64,000 nucleotides of DNA from an uncultured Verrucomicrobiae bacterium (GTDB lineage: Bacteria; Chlamydiota; Chlamydiia; Chlamydiales; Rhabdochlamydiaceae): assembly GCA_963806855.1 (NCBI GenBank), contig CAWDYW010000001.1, forward strand, positions 128,001 to 192,000. Direction: 5' to 3'. The notes under the pieces are model-generated. The model made no database searches. It was given only the letters and a program-made list of their open reading frames with translations, and had not been told where the DNA came from. Within the stretch, counting starts at the first letter, position 1; the number at the start of each line of letters is the position of its first letter. The position numbers and the translations under genes are program-made. Shown piece after piece: positions 10,832-20,869 of this stretch.

Positions 10832-12262
10832 TTAAGGTTTAGATTTTAAAAATTCGGAGAAATCGACAATTCTGGCAAAAAATCCGCTGTCTTCGACCTT
10901 TTCATCGACGCCATTCACATGGATTAGAACTGGACGACAGGAGAAACCTCGAGGCAATTGCAATGCCCGCAGTTTCTCTTCAACTTCCTTTACAACTTCC
11001 ATTCCTATTTTTCCTTGCATAAATTTTACTTCGCAGATGTATATGCAATTAAAACGAGTTTGAATTAGATAGTCGATTTGGCAACCTTTTCGACGAACTT
11101 GCGGAGTTTGGAGATAGGGGGCGGCAAAGATCACTTCATCCGGCGAGATGCCGAGAAGGTTTTGAAGAATGTCGCCATTATTGACCACTAGGTTTTCAAA
11201 TTGCAGTCCTAAAATAGAGTACCAGCCCGTAGGCAATTTTCTTACTTTCCCTTCTTCAATTTGCTCGCGATTGGGATGAATGTATTTGAGATAAAACCGA
11301 AGATAATTATCGCTTAATCGATATCGACTAGTTGTGGATTTGGTTTTTTTTGCAAAGCTCCAGGTGTAGTCCCGCGATATAAAGCCAGCTTGAGTTAACT
11401 CATCGAGCGAATCACTAAAATCTCCGCCAGAAGAACATCCAAGTTCTGAGGCGATCTGTGTTGCTGAGAGGCGGTTATCAACGAGCGTTTGCACGATTTG
11501 TTTATAAAAAGGACCTTTGTTTCGAAATAAATCATGAAAGATTTGGTCGAATTCTTGGAATAAAAGACCTTCAGAATCAAAACCCATTCGTTGAATATTG
11601 GCTTCGGCTGTGAGGTCGGGTCTTAGTTCTTCAAGATAACGGGGAATTCCCCCAGTGACTGCGAGGATTTTAAATTTTTCATATGGAGCTACGATGCCAG
11701 GCCAATCCTCCCAAAAGACATTGCAATCCTCTATAGGAAGTTCTTTTAACAAAATACGCAATGAAACTCTGCCATAGAAACCAGTGCTGCTCAGGATATT
11801 TTTTTGAATCCAAGTTGAATTAGAACCTGTGATGATCATGATCAGCTTATTATTTTTTTTAAAGTGCCGGTCCCAGGCTGTTTTGAGTTTTGGCATAAAG
11901 GTTGGATCTTTAGAACCCATCCAGGTGATCTCATCTAAAACGATTAGGATCCGCCCTTTTGTTGTTTTTTCAGAAAGATCATAAAATAGATTGCCCCAAT
12001 CATCGCTGCGGTAAATGGGAAGATCATATTCCTGAAGCTGTCGTAAGAATTCTGCTCTTTGTTCTTCAGCGGTCACTCCGTCAGCAGGAGGGATTCCAGT
12101 GAGAATGATAGACTTCGGAAAAGTTTTTGCATATTCCTCGCAAAGACGACTTTTTCCTATTCGGCGCCGTCCTCTGATCACAACGAAACTGGAAATCTTT
12201 TTTTTGGAGAGCCCAATCAGGGACTCCATCTCTTTTTCCCGCCCAATGAAACGATCTACCAT
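10832..12262 (-). CDS. AAA/STAND-like ('archaeal ATPase') protein with wHTH and C-terminal PD-(D/E)xK-like domain
   Basis: FIGREKE, Walker A GRRRIGKS, Walker B LIVLDE, TGGIPRYL, YRLSDNYLRF, QIDYLI..ICEVK; GGAGG SD before ATG 12262. Confidence 0.85.
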   Translation of the reverse strand: MVDRFIGREKEMESLIGLSKKKISSFVVIRGRRRIGKSRLCEEYAKTFPKSIILTGIPPADGVTAEEQRAEFLRQLQEYDLPIYRSDDWGNLFYDLSEKTTKGRILIVLDEITWMGSKDPTFMPKLKTAWDRHFKKNNKLIMIITGSNSTWIQKNILSSTGFYGRVSLRILLKELPIEDCNVFWEDWPGIVAPYEKFKILAVTGGIPRYLEELRPDLTAEANIQRMGFDSEGLLFQEFDQIFHDLFRNKGPFYKQIVQTLVDNRLSATQIASELGCSSGGDFSDSLDELTQAGFISRDYTWSFAKKTKSTTSRYRLSDNYLRFYLKYIHPNREQIEEGKVRKLPTGWYSILGLQFENLVVNNGDILQNLLGISPDEVIFAAPYLQTPQVRRKGCQIDYLIQTRFNCIYICEVKFMQGKIGMEVVKEVEEKLRALQLPRGFSCRPVLIHVNGVDEKVEDSGFFARIVDFSEFLKSKP

Positions 12263-12289
12263 TATATTTCCTCCAAGAAATTGCAAAAA

Positions 12290-12355
12290 CAACTTTTCCG
12301 CGCTTTTTAAAGCATATAAAATCCGCGGAAAAGTTGCAAATGCAATTTTGCCGCG
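12290..12355. promoter_or_regulatory. Triple palindromic half-site array upstream of the ATPase gene
   Basis: CAACTTTTCCGCG (12290-12302), CGCGGAAAAGTTG (12324-12336), CAATTTTGCCGCG (12343-12355). Confidence 0.6.
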
Positions 12356-12495
12356 CTATCAAATTTTATATTTAATGAGGTGGCGCGCTCACATTTTCAC
12401 AAAAAAATTGCTGCTAATTAAATATTTTTTTGAGTCTGCGAACAAGTCGTTAAATATGTATAATTAATAAAGTAATAATTATAAGCGAGGAAATT

Positions 12496-13642
12496 ATGAA
12501 CGGATTACCAAAAGTTAATAGTGTTGAATCAACTGATCATGCAGCAGCGAGTTGTTGCAGAATTAGCCGAGCCCGTTGTGAAAAAACAGCGGACAGGAGG
12601 CGGGCCACAAGATGGAGCTACCCTTTTCGATGAGAATATAAATAACGTAGACGCTAAGACATCAGGGGTATTTACTTCCAGGATGGGGATTAATGAAGAG
12701 AATGGTTCAAAGGCCCCGGCTGCAATTGCGCTGACAAAACCAGAACAAATTAAACTATCTGATGGATCTATTTATGATGGCGCCCACAAAATGGCATGCC
12801 TCATGGGAAGGGAAAATTGATGCGACCTGATGGAGCTAGTTATGATGGCGAGTGGATAATTGGCATGCTTCATGGAAAGGGAAAAGAGATTCGACCTGAT
12901 GAAACTATTGCTTATGATGGCGAATGGAGAAATAATATGCTTCATGGAAAGGGGAAAATGATGCGTTCTGATGGAACTATTATTTTGAAGGCGAATGGAA
13001 AATGGCATGTTGATGGAAAGGGGAAAGCGATGCGTTCTGATGGAACTATTATTTTGAAGGCGAATGGAAAATGGCATGCTTCATGGAATGGGAAAAGAGA
13101 TTCGATCTGATGGAACTATTGCTTCTGAAAACGAATGGAGAAATGGCATACTTCATGGAAAGGGAAAAGAGACTCTAGGTAAAGGAAATAGTTATGAGGG
13201 CGGCTTCCAAAATGGCATGAGGCATGGAAAGGGAAAAGAGACTCGGCCTGATGGAACTATATATGAATGCGACTTCCAAAATGCCAGGCCGCATGGAAAG
13301 GGAAAAGTGACTCTACCCGATGGAAGAATTTATGAAGGCGACTTCCAAAATGGCATGAGGCGTGGAAAGGGAAAAGAGACTCAACTTAATGGAACTATTT
13401 ATGAAGGCGACTTCCAAAATGGCATGTGGCATGGAAAGGGAAAAGTGACTCTAGGTAATGGAAATAGTTATGAAGGCGACTTCCAAAATGCCAGGCCGCA
13501 TGGGAATGGAAAAGAGATTCGACCTGATGGAACTATTTTCTGAAAGCGAATGGAATAATGGCAACTACATGGAAAGATGAAAGAGATTCGACCTGATGGA
13601 ACTATTAAGGAAAGCGAGTGGGAAAATGGCAAAAGGAAATAG
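12496..13642 (+). pseudogene. MORN-repeat protein copy B, multiple frameshifts
   Basis: About a dozen 23-24-aa MORN units (YEGDFQNGMRHGKGK) spread over several frames. Confidence 0.8.
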
Positions 13643-13695
13643 AACCTAACCATTTTTAATTCATTAAAAATTTCGGTAGCCTCATATTAGGTTCT

Positions 13696-16183
13696 ATGGA
13701 TATGAGTGTCATCCTAGATCTTCAGAGAGAGCATGAGGCTGTTGAGGGGCTTTTAGATCAATCCGTCTTCAATTTTCGAGCCAAAAGTCGCGCTGTTCTA
13801 TTGGCAGGTCATCTGCTCGACGAAGAGGGCAATTTCCGTCATTTGAATGAGACGATCAAAGCGATAGGCTATGTTCTGGGGCCTCGAAGCTATAACGATG
13901 GAGATATCACTCAATCATTTTTTACGGGTCCTCCATGCACTGCGTTCAAGCCCTCGTCTGGCCCAAAAAGTAAAGAGTTTTGGGTTGCCGTTATCCGACC
14001 CCAAACTCAACGAAATGATCGCCACCACGTTGGATGTTGAGGTCGAACTGACCGATCGGCATGTCATTTGCGCGATCTTGTCGGCTCTGCTTTGTCCTCT
14101 GCGGCAGAGTGTTGGGTCTTGTTTTGCGACGGCGCCGGCCATATTGGTCCATGAGGAGCAGCTCGAACTTTTTCTCGATGACATGCAACAGCTGCTCTAT
14201 AAGGGGCACTCTGACTCGTGTTTCGGGAGGGGTGGAGTCTACGGTGCCGATCAGCCCATCGCCGGGGATCGGGGAATTGAAGAAGGACTATCAGCCTCAT
14301 CATCCTGGCTTTACTAAAGCGCTGGGCTCGGTTGGTCTCACTGCCGGTGACCATATCTGGCCAAAGCTATTTGGAAGTCCTCGAATCGCTTGTTTTAGAG
14401 AAATTCGAGCTTAAAAAGAGGGATCTCACTAGAGCTACGCAGCGCCATACCCCGAAATTAGAGCGGATTGAAATGGCAAAGCAGATGCTCCAAAAGGCCA
14501 AGTGGGTGATGGTGGCCTTTTCGGAGCATTTGCTGCTCAAGGTGTGGGAGTTTACGCTCGCCTCTTTTGTCGATGTGAAGACAGAATTTTCAAGATGGAA
14601 TCTCTACTCGAGCTTGGGGCTGCATCCTGAGGAGAAGGGGGGCATTGGAGAACTGATCTATCACCAGTTGCAGCATCTCCTCGATGAGGCCAACAAAAAG
14701 CTCGAGTCATTACCAACAAGAATACGAAATCGCGTTCGATCAGGTGCGGGCGACCGAGCAGTTGCTCAAGGGCGCAAGCTCGGAAGCCGATGCGCGGAGG
14801 TTAAAGGCAGAGCATCAGTCGCGGGTCTATCACATGTATGCCTGCTTGGAGATGCGCGATAAATGGAACAAACACGCGCAGAATACATCCAACTTTTTCT
14901 CTTTTCTCATTGAGCAGATCGTCGCGAAGTTCCAAGAGTTTTTCCAAGAGGTCTACGACGCGGAGATGGGGGAGATCAAAGGGACGATCTATGATGACAG
15001 TCCGGCGGGGTTTCGGCTCGTCTATAAAAATCGGCGGGCTCATGTGGGCAGCTGGACCTTCATCCATACGAAAGAAGAGTACATTCAGGCGCTCAAAGAT
15101 TTTTTTCTTGCCATTGAGAATCCACTAATCGAGGCGTGCGCGTGGGAGGAGGGAAAAGAGGAGATCTCCCGTTTGATCACGGCGATCATCCATCTGGTTG
15201 GGGCGGAGGAGTTCCTCGTTTCGGCGTTTTATCGGATGGCAAAGGCCCATCGGGTGCCGCTGCAGAAAGTGGATCTAGAGAAGATGGAGAAGAAGCCATG
15301 GGCCTATACGTCGGGCGGGACGATCGTCACCCTGCTGAAAACCTATTTTCGTAGGGAAGGGTCCCTTTCTGAAGAGGCCCGCTGGGTCGATAGCCCCCAA
15401 GATCTGCTGATTTTTATCATCGAGACGCTCAAAATGCTCCCCCCGATGGTGACCGATCCGTTTATTCGGGATCCAGAGAGGCGGATGTTGATGACGGGGC
15501 CGACGCATGCCTTTTCGCTGCTCCCGGGTAAATTTAGACAAGGATGGGAAGACCGTGGCTTTACTTATACTTGGGTGCGCGATCAGATCTTTCTTCCTCA
15601 GCGAGAATTTTATGATGCGATTCGGTTGCAGTCCCATGAGCAGCTCTACTTAGTCGATGAATTGGCCAGCCGCCTTCCTCTCTTGCAGGGGCACGAGCTG
15701 CGGAGGCAATTTCAGATAAGAGATAAGCCGCTGACAGTGGCTGCATTCCGAGAGCTGCTGCCCAAGAGTGCCGCGATTGATGGGTTTCTGTTTGAAATGC
15801 TCCCTTTGGTAAATCCAGCTAAATTATTGGATGAGCTCAACCTGAAGCTCCCGATTTATGGCTTCATTGGAAGGCGAGTGCTCCATGATCAGATCGTCGC
15901 TACTGTCCCTGCCGTCCAATCGGTCGATTTCCATGTGGAGCTGGCAAATTTGATGGAGAAGAGGGGGCTCGCTCCGCCGAAGCCTCTGATTTTTGCCGAC
16001 ACCAACTGGTCGAAGTTCTTTTTTTCTTTCCTTGTGAATCCATCATCCGGTGAACTCGAACTGTGGCGCACCGATAAGATCGGGCTTACTGGCGCGCCGA
16101 TGAGTGAGTGGGAGCCATTTCTCAATGGCACACTCAAAGAGCACTGGGGCATCTTCTGCAGGCCGCACGAATATTTGAAATAA
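13696..16183 (+). CDS. Large conserved-looking hypothetical protein (about 830 aa, about 4 frameshifts); possible papain-like fold
   Basis: Five overlapping ORFs join into one plausible protein; motifs RQSVGSCFATA, PTHAFSL, IFADTNW. Confidence 0.65.
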
Positions 16184-16234
16184 TTGCTTACGATTGCCAT
16201 TTATTATAAGTATGAGTAGACTCTCTCATTTGAT

Positions 16235-17473
16235 ATGAAAGCTCTATACCTATCTCTTATACTTTGTTCTTCCATAGGACTCCAAGCTGCGACGATCGAT
16301 GTGAATCGCGATCTGGAAGATAACGATATCCGCGCTTTAAAAGAGTGGATCGATACCAAGCGTCAAGTCTCGTTAAAAGAGATTGGCGGCGACCTTTCGA
16401 TCAGCGGTGAGGTACGGACCGAATTTCAGAGCGCCTGGGAGACCCGCAATGGCAGAGAATTGCGTGGAACTCGAGAAAGCGATCTATTCCCCGCTCGCGG
16501 ATTCGATATCGAATTCAACTTGATGTTCGACTACCGCACCGATCGGACTTGGGCTGCTGTGAAGATCGAATTCGATAACAACGCTGGTGTATTTAGCGGT
16601 TCTGTCGACGCATTGTCTCTCGAAAAATGCTACTGGGGTGTCCGTGCAGTCAGCTGCGATACATCTACTCTCGACATCGAAGTCGGCCGCCGCCCATTCT
16701 TAAACGTATTCGATTCGAAAATTGAATTTGGCTCCACTTTTGATGGAATCCTCTTCCGCTTTGCCCGCACTTATGAAAAGATCGGCGATCATTATTTCCA
16801 TATTGGTCCTTTTGTCATCAATGAGAGGCGCGATCAGTATGGCGTCATTGCTGAAACTGGCCTGCTCAATATCGGCGGTACTGGATTTTACACAAAACTG
16901 TCGGTCATCGATTGGCATACAAAGCATTATAAGAGAAGTTTTGTCACAGATCGCTTTCGGTTTGTCGTTTTGCAGTGGATTCCTGCCTACCGTTTCAAAA
17001 TTGGATGCAAAAAGCGACTTGCGATCATCTACTCTGCTATTTTATGGAACACCATCGCTAAAAAACTGCCTGTTTCCGATTTCAAAAAAGCGAATCTCGG
17101 GGGCTATGTCGGCTTTTCTTATGGACAGTTACTCAAGCAGTGGGACTGGGCCTTTGATATCAACTACCAAGTCGTTGGCGCTCAATCGATCCCTGACTTT
17201 GATGTCTCTGGAATCGGCTTAGGCAATGCCAATAGGTCGGGCTTCTACACCGAGACGCTCCTCCCTCTTAACGGGCCCCTAGTCGTGCCCACCACACGGG
17301 CGACGGCGGCTGGGATGACCAATTATCGTGGTTTTGCTATTCGCTTCGACATTCTGCTCACCGACAAGCTCGATATGCAGCAGAGCTATCAACAGTCGAT
17401 CACTCTCGACAGTCGCATCGGTCCATTCCGTCGCTACAAGCAATACGAGATGGAATTCATCTACAGCTGGTAA
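16235..17473 (+). CDS. Outer-membrane beta-barrel protein (resembles chlamydial 76-kDa-homologue/porin-like OMPs)
   Basis: Signal peptide, amphipathic strands, C-terminal aromatic motif YEMEFIYSW. Confidence 0.7.
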   Translation: MKALYLSLILCSSIGLQAATIDVNRDLEDNDIRALKEWIDTKRQVSLKEIGGDLSISGEVRTEFQSAWETRNGRELRGTRESDLFPARGFDIEFNLMFDYRTDRTWAAVKIEFDNNAGVFSGSVDALSLEKCYWGVRAVSCDTSTLDIEVGRRPFLNVFDSKIEFGSTFDGILFRFARTYEKIGDHYFHIGPFVINERRDQYGVIAETGLLNIGGTGFYTKLSVIDWHTKHYKRSFVTDRFRFVVLQWIPAYRFKIGCKKRLAIIYSAILWNTIAKKLPVSDFKKANLGGYVGFSYGQLLKQWDWAFDINYQVVGAQSIPDFDVSGIGLGNANRSGFYTETLLPLNGPLVVPTTRATAAGMTNYRGFAIRFDILLTDKLDMQQSYQQSITLDSRIGPFRRYKQYEMEFIYSW

Positions 17474-17572
17474 ATCTATGGGTGCACCGATTTTAAGGTG
17501 ATGGATGAGAAGATCGAACTCTTCCTCAAGGATATGGATTCAGTTAGATGGCGGTCAAAGGAGATTGAACCT

Positions 17573-17899
17573 CTAATTGGGCCGTGTGTAAAAATAAGTA
17601 AAAAGGCGCGCGGATAATGCTCCACCTACAGTGACAATGCAAATAGTCAGTCTCGATGTTCCGAGCACGCTAGATACTGCAAATCCTACAGCGGCTCCTG
17701 CAGCAGTTACTGTGGTCGCAACAAATGGATATAATCTTTCGGTTTCATCTCGAACACGTTGGAATGCAGTCTTTGCTTCCGCAAGTCTTCTTACAACATC
17801 CCTGGTTTGTTGTGCTATTACTTGAATTCTATTGTAGTCAGCATGATTTTGATAGTTATCAAGACCGTTATTAGCCACTTGATCAATGGGTAATCCCAT
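17573..17899 (-). CDS. Small coiled-coil + bilobed hydrophobic protein (Inc-like)
   Basis: AAGGAG SD; heptad region followed by about 45 aa of two-lobed hydrophobic sequence. Confidence 0.65.
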   Translation of the reverse strand: MGLPIDQVANNGLDNYQNHADYNRIQVIAQQTRDVVRRLAEAKTAFQRVRDETERLYPFVATTVTAAGAAVGFAVSSVLGTSRLTICIVTVGGALSARLFTYFYTRPN

Positions 17900-18086
17900 A
17901 AACTCTCCTTTTTTGTATCAACATGGAAATCATACACTAAATCAAATTAAAATCGATATTAAAAAATCAATATAACACTTTGCTTGTGAGAAAAATCCGG
18001 ATTTTAAATTGAGACTTTTGTTTGGTTGAAAAAATTAATTATTCTTGCGTTAAAATAGAGCCGCCACATAATATATCGTCAATATT

Positions 18087-18422
18087 TTGGAGATTGTTTT
18101 GTTACAACCAGTAATTCATAGAAGACCACAGGCTGGATCGGAAGCACTAAATAATATATCTCAAAATGTGCATATAGAGGAAAATCGCTTGCGGGCTATG
18201 GAGCGAACATTGAATAAAACTCTTGAAGCTATCGAACGTGCAGACCAAAAAAATGATAGTTTGAAATCAACCATCAGCCTTTCATCAGCAGTAACCAGTG
18301 GCTCAGTCGGCTTTATAGCGCTTTCAGCCTTTTCAATTCCCTTTGTATTTGCTGCCCTTGCGGGTGGAGGAACTGCTTGGATAACTTATCAATTTGTAAC
18401 AAGATCTTTAACAAGGAAGTGA
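18087..18422 (+). CDS. Small coiled-coil + bilobed hydrophobic protein (Inc-like); start uncertain
   Basis: Coiled coil RLRAMERTLNKTLEAIERADQKNDSL followed by two hydrophobic lobes. Confidence 0.6.
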   Translation: MEIVLLQPVIHRRPQAGSEALNNISQNVHIEENRLRAMERTLNKTLEAIERADQKNDSLKSTISLSSAVTSGSVGFIALSAFSIPFVFAALAGGGTAWITYQFVTRSLTRK

Positions 18423-18426
18423 ACTT

Positions 18427-18708
18427 ATGGCAAGTGGAGTACCTAATTGCTATGCATATAACCCACACGATGCAATCGCTGCTGACCAGCAATCGCAAGC
18501 ATGTGCAGAAGAACTTGTAACTGCAAATGAGTTACTTCGGACAGCAGAGCGGGACATCGAAGAAGTTAATATGCAAACTCAAGCTCTAGAGAAGAGGATT
18601 AATTCATTAAATAACCTCTCTAATGCAGCCCTAAAAGTAACAGTTGCCGTAGCGGGTGTCGTGGCTTTCTACATTTTAGATGGTGTCATGCATCGCTATT
18701 TTAAATAG
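18427..18708 (+). CDS. Small coiled-coil protein with C-terminal TM
   Basis: Heptads LRTAERDIEEVNMQTQALEKRINSL, then VTVAVAGVVAFYIL. Confidence 0.6.
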   Translation: MASGVPNCYAYNPHDAIAADQQSQACAEELVTANELLRTAERDIEEVNMQTQALEKRINSLNNLSNAALKVTVAVAGVVAFYILDGVMHRYFK

Positions 18709-18718
18709 GAAGAAAAAG

Positions 18719-19135
18719 ATGAGCTCAATATCGATCAATGATCTGCCAAATGAAATGATAGGTGAGATCTTTAGGCAATCGGATACTGTTGATAAACTTT
18801 ATATGCGTGAGGTATGTCCCAATTGGAATCGAGTTTCCGAAGATTTGATACCTCCTCATCTTATTGAAGCCCTCCAGCAATTAAATGACATCAAAGTTCA
18901 AGCTGACGATGCTGAAAAAGAGGTGAATGCACTCGCTGACCGAGCTTCTCGACTTGAAACAGTTCAAGATAATATGGATAACCTTTGTGTTGCTGCCGCC
19001 CTTGCCTCAGTTGGGTCTGCTTTTATTTATAGTGGTTCTCAAGCCATTGAAGCAATGACGGAACAAATGAGAAAAGATATCGAAGCAAATCCTGCTGAGT
19101 ACGCGCGCAGGAATGAGCAGTGTTCGATCCTATAG
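18719..19135 (+). CDS. F-box protein with coiled coil and hydrophobic segment (candidate effector)
   Basis: INDLPNEMIGEIF...MREVCPNWNRV fits the F-box consensus; ends in CSIL, a CaaX-like motif. Confidence 0.75.
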   Translation: MSSISINDLPNEMIGEIFRQSDTVDKLYMREVCPNWNRVSEDLIPPHLIEALQQLNDIKVQADDAEKEVNALADRASRLETVQDNMDNLCVAAALASVGSAFIYSGSQAIEAMTEQMRKDIEANPAEYARRNEQCSIL

Positions 19136-19144
19136 CCCAACCTT

Positions 19145-20848
19145 TTATTTTGAAAAGTTGATTATTGTTCCTTCTTCAGTCTTTTCAAAGTTCACAGCAA
19201 TCACGGTGAATTTGTCCTTTTTAAAGAGCGCTTTGAATGCCGAGTACTCCTTTTCGGGGATCGGTTTATCCCTCAGTAAATAGATGCAGGGGATCATTTC
19301 GGGATCGGCGAACTGCTTTCCATGAAAAATGAGCTCCTCAAAGGTATGAGGCGTGTCGATTCGGTGGATCGAGTAAAAGACCCGTTGGAACCAGGGAAAG
19401 CGCCTGGCTTTATATTGAGGAACCAAGATGTGGATATTGGGGATGATGCCGCAGAGAAGCCATGCCTTCAAAAAGGAGCCATTTTCGAGCATTAAGATCG
19501 GATGTGAGGTTTTGCGCACAAGCTCTATATCATGGGTATGGACGTGCATAAAGCGGTGGAGGATTTTTTTTGAGGTGAAAGAGAGGAAGAGGTCGGAGAG
19601 GCGCAGGATGATGAATATGGAAAATAATAGGGTGATGATGCCCATCATGGCAAAACTTTCACCCGATGTCAGTCCAAAGATTTGGTTGAAGAGATAGAGG
19701 GAAAGGGAGGCGAGCAGAACACCGACGAAGCTTAAGAAATTTCCAGCGGCAATGGTGTGGCCCCGGGTGTTCTCCGGGCTAAACATTTGAACAAAAGTAT
19801 CGAATGGGACGACGAAAATGCCTCCAAAGAAGCCGATTGCAAAGAGGAAAATCAAGGTTGGAATCATGGAATGGGAGATGGAAAGGAGAAGAAAGAGCAG
19901 TGCAATGAATAGGCCCGCAATACAAGGAAGTGCCAATTCGATACGGTTTTTCGATGCTCTGCCCGCTATGAAAGCTCCAAGCGCTATCCCCAGTGCTGTG
20001 ACTAAAAAAAGATAACCCCCGGCCACTTCAGAGAGTTTAAGCGATTGAATGGCGAAGGGGATGATATTGAGCTGGGTAAAGCCGCCGATGAAGAGAAAAA
20101 AGGCGGAGCCGAAGATCGAAAGGAGCAGATGCTTTTGCTCTTTGGCTTGGATCAGGGTATGGATAATTTGGCTGACAAAACGAAAATTGATTTTTTGTGT
20201 GCTTCCTTTAGGAGGGGTGTATTTGATCCCTAAGCTAGTCCCAAATCCGATGAGCGCGAAGAGCAGACAAACGCAGCCGACTAAGACATAATTGTAATCG
20301 GTTATGTCAGTGAGAAATGAGGCAAGAAACGTCCCGCCAATGATGGCCAAGTAGGTGAAGGAGGTGATCAGTCCATTTGCCTTTGAAACCCGATCTTTGG
20401 GAGTAATTTCAGGGATAATGCCATATTTGGAGGGGCCAAAGAGGGCTGCTAGAGTGGAGAGCAGGAAGAGGAGAAAATAGCTACTCCATGTCAATTTAAA
20501 AGCAAAAGCCAAGACGGCAAAAAGCATCACCACAATTTCTAATGCCTTGACGCCGATGATCAAATGGGTTTTGCTATACCGGTCGGCTAAAATCCCGGCA
20601 AACGATGAAAAGAGGAGAAAGGGGATCACAAAGATCGCGCCGGCCAGCGACAAGATCGTATTGGCTTCCGACGTCCCCTGGATTTGGATCAAGAAGAAGA
20701 TCAAGACCAGTTTGTAAATATTATCATTGAGCGCCCCTAAGAATTGGGTTGCATTCATGAACCCTAAAGAACTTTTTTCTGGCTTAGAGAAGCCGGGAAG
20801 CTTTGATAAAAAGGCTCGGATGGTGGAAAATTGAAATGGTTTGACCAT
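19145..20848 (-). CDS. MFS transporter (LplT/YgeD-like) with C-terminal extension
   Basis: TQFLGALNDN, AGILADRYSK, FGPSKYGIIPE; about 12 TMs. Confidence 0.88.
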   Translation of the reverse strand: MVKPFQFSTIRAFLSKLPGFSKPEKSSLGFMNATQFLGALNDNIYKLVLIFFLIQIQGTSEANTILSLAGAIFVIPFLLFSSFAGILADRYSKTHLIIGVKALEIVVMLFAVLAFAFKLTWSSYFLLFLLSTLAALFGPSKYGIIPEITPKDRVSKANGLITSFTYLAIIGGTFLASFLTDITDYNYVLVGCVCLLFALIGFGTSLGIKYTPPKGSTQKINFRFVSQIIHTLIQAKEQKHLLLSIFGSAFFLFIGGFTQLNIIPFAIQSLKLSEVAGGYLFLVTALGIALGAFIAGRASKNRIELALPCIAGLFIALLFLLLSISHSMIPTLIFLFAIGFFGGIFVVPFDTFVQMFSPENTRGHTIAAGNFLSFVGVLLASLSLYLFNQIFGLTSGESFAMMGIITLLFSIFIILRLSDLFLSFTSKKILHRFMHVHTHDIELVRKTSHPILMLENGSFLKAWLLCGIIPNIHILVPQYKARRFPWFQRVFYSIHRIDTPHTFEELIFHGKQFADPEMIPCIYLLRDKPIPEKEYSAFKALFKKDKFTVIAVNFEKTEEGTIINFSK

Positions 20849-20869
20849 AAGAGACTATAATAGCAAGTT

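Noticed and set aside
12780..13640. Regular 69-72-nt repeats (CATGGAAAGGGAAAA) as a possible CRISPR array
   Set aside because: They encode MORN protein repeats; the intervening sequences are homologous to one another and no cas genes are present.
17474..17572. Coding-like fragment after the OMP gene (DFKVMDEKIELFLKDMDSVRW...)
   Set aside because: Too short, with no recognisable family and no matching copy found in the window.
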